DNA of 64,000 nt. Source: Clostridia bacterium (GTDB lineage: Bacteria > Bacillota > Clostridia > Christensenellales > CAG-917). Position numbers and translations under genes: made by a program. The stretch spans positions 95,138-159,137 of the forward strand of contig JAFZMH010000004.1 of assembly GCA_017553325.1 (NCBI GenBank). The letters are read 5' to 3'. The notes beneath the pieces are model-generated. The model had not been told where the DNA came from. It did not search any database and was given only the letters and a program-made list of their open reading frames with translations. Position 1 is the first letter of the stretch, and the number at the start of each line of letters is the position of its first letter. Shown here in pieces: positions 63,485 through 64,000 of this stretch.

Positions 63485-64000
63485 CTTGACACCTCCCAAA
63501 CCTTCTTTGCAATCGCCACAATCGCTTCAAGGACAAAGCTGAATACGATTGCAATCATCGTCCAAGCAAGCAGATACGCCACATCGGGAAATGCGTTTGC
63601 GGTTTGAATTTTTCCACCCAAACTCTTTGCGACGCTTGTCAAAATTTCCGCCGCCACAACCACCTTGAAGGTCAACGACAAGGTCGATCTTGATGTATCA
63701 AAGAGTGTGTTCGCGATGGACGGCAAATACACGTACATTATACGGTTGAAAGGTGAAACCTTGTAGAGTTTCGCCATTTCAACAAGGTCCTTGTCCACCC
63801 CCGTTATCGCAGAATAAAACGCAGAATACATGATTGGGAAAGCAATCAAAAACCCGACAATAATAACCATTGTCTCAGTGCGCACAAGCGCATACATTAT
63901 GAGTATGACGGCAACCGTAGGCGCGGCTCTCAATATCGTTACCATCGGCGACAACACTCGGTGAAAGGGTTTGAACGTTCCGCCAAGCGACGCAAAAACT
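63481..64000 (-). CDS. ABC transporter permease (SsuC/TauC-like), N-terminus outside the window
   Basis: The reading frame is open to the window edge. It has TM helices and an EAA-like loop (..DLVEMAKLYKVSPFNRIMYVYLPS..). Confidence 0.8.
   Translation of the reverse strand, partial: VFASLGGTFKPFHRVLSPMVTILRAAPTVAVILIMYALVRTETMVIIVGFLIAFPIMYSAFYSAITGVDKDLVEMAKLYKVSPFNRIMYVYLPSIANTLFDTSRSTLSLTFKVVVAAEILTSVAKSLGGKIQTANAFPDVAYLLAWTMIAIVFSFVLEAIVAIAKKVWEVSR

Overview
This 64-kb segment looks like a Bacillota (Clostridia-like) chromosome. Sampled lines are about 50% GC and almost all genes are on the minus strand, often with ATGA or 1-nt start/stop overlaps.

Content from left to right:
1. An AT-rich left edge with a tandem DUF4926-like ORF, then a DUF1294 protein and an MnmM/YtqB-type methyltransferase.
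2. A 9.3-kb phage-like structural operon: TerL, a small PPD-motif protein, portal, scaffold, an HK97-type capsid fused to a Listeria-Bacteroides repeat domain, and five more virion-like ORFs. No integrase, repressor, replication, tape-measure or lysis genes are visible.
3. A membrane protein with an Arg/Asp/Tyr-rich tail, a TIGR01906 protein and a YhhN protein.
4. A roughly 1.5-kb AT-rich islet next to tRNA-Lys. It encodes a stand-alone RNase III paralogue coupled to a 54-aa Asn/Gln/His-rich peptide, with a consensus promoter and a long structured leader.
5. tRNA-Lys, tRNA-Gly and tRNA-Leu, plus a 21-bp duplicated tRNA-Leu 3' end that looks like an att-type scar.
6. A DUF1538 / P-II / P-II / membrane-protein operon.
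7. Housekeeping and metabolic genes: yitT, galM, pcp, an M42 peptidase, asparaginase, luxS, rlmD, pfp, pfkA, dnaE, whiA, murB, uvrC, trpS, prfA, a DUF1385-PrmC fusion and rpmE.
8. An AT-rich orphan lipoprotein gene.
9. An 8-kb array of GNAT acetyltransferases that includes a beta-lactamase-family hydrolase.
10. The start of an ABC transporter at the right edge.

No CRISPR array, rRNA gene, transposase or integrase was seen. All protein family calls come from motif recognition by eye, not from database searches. GC values come from hand-counted 60-nt sample lines.
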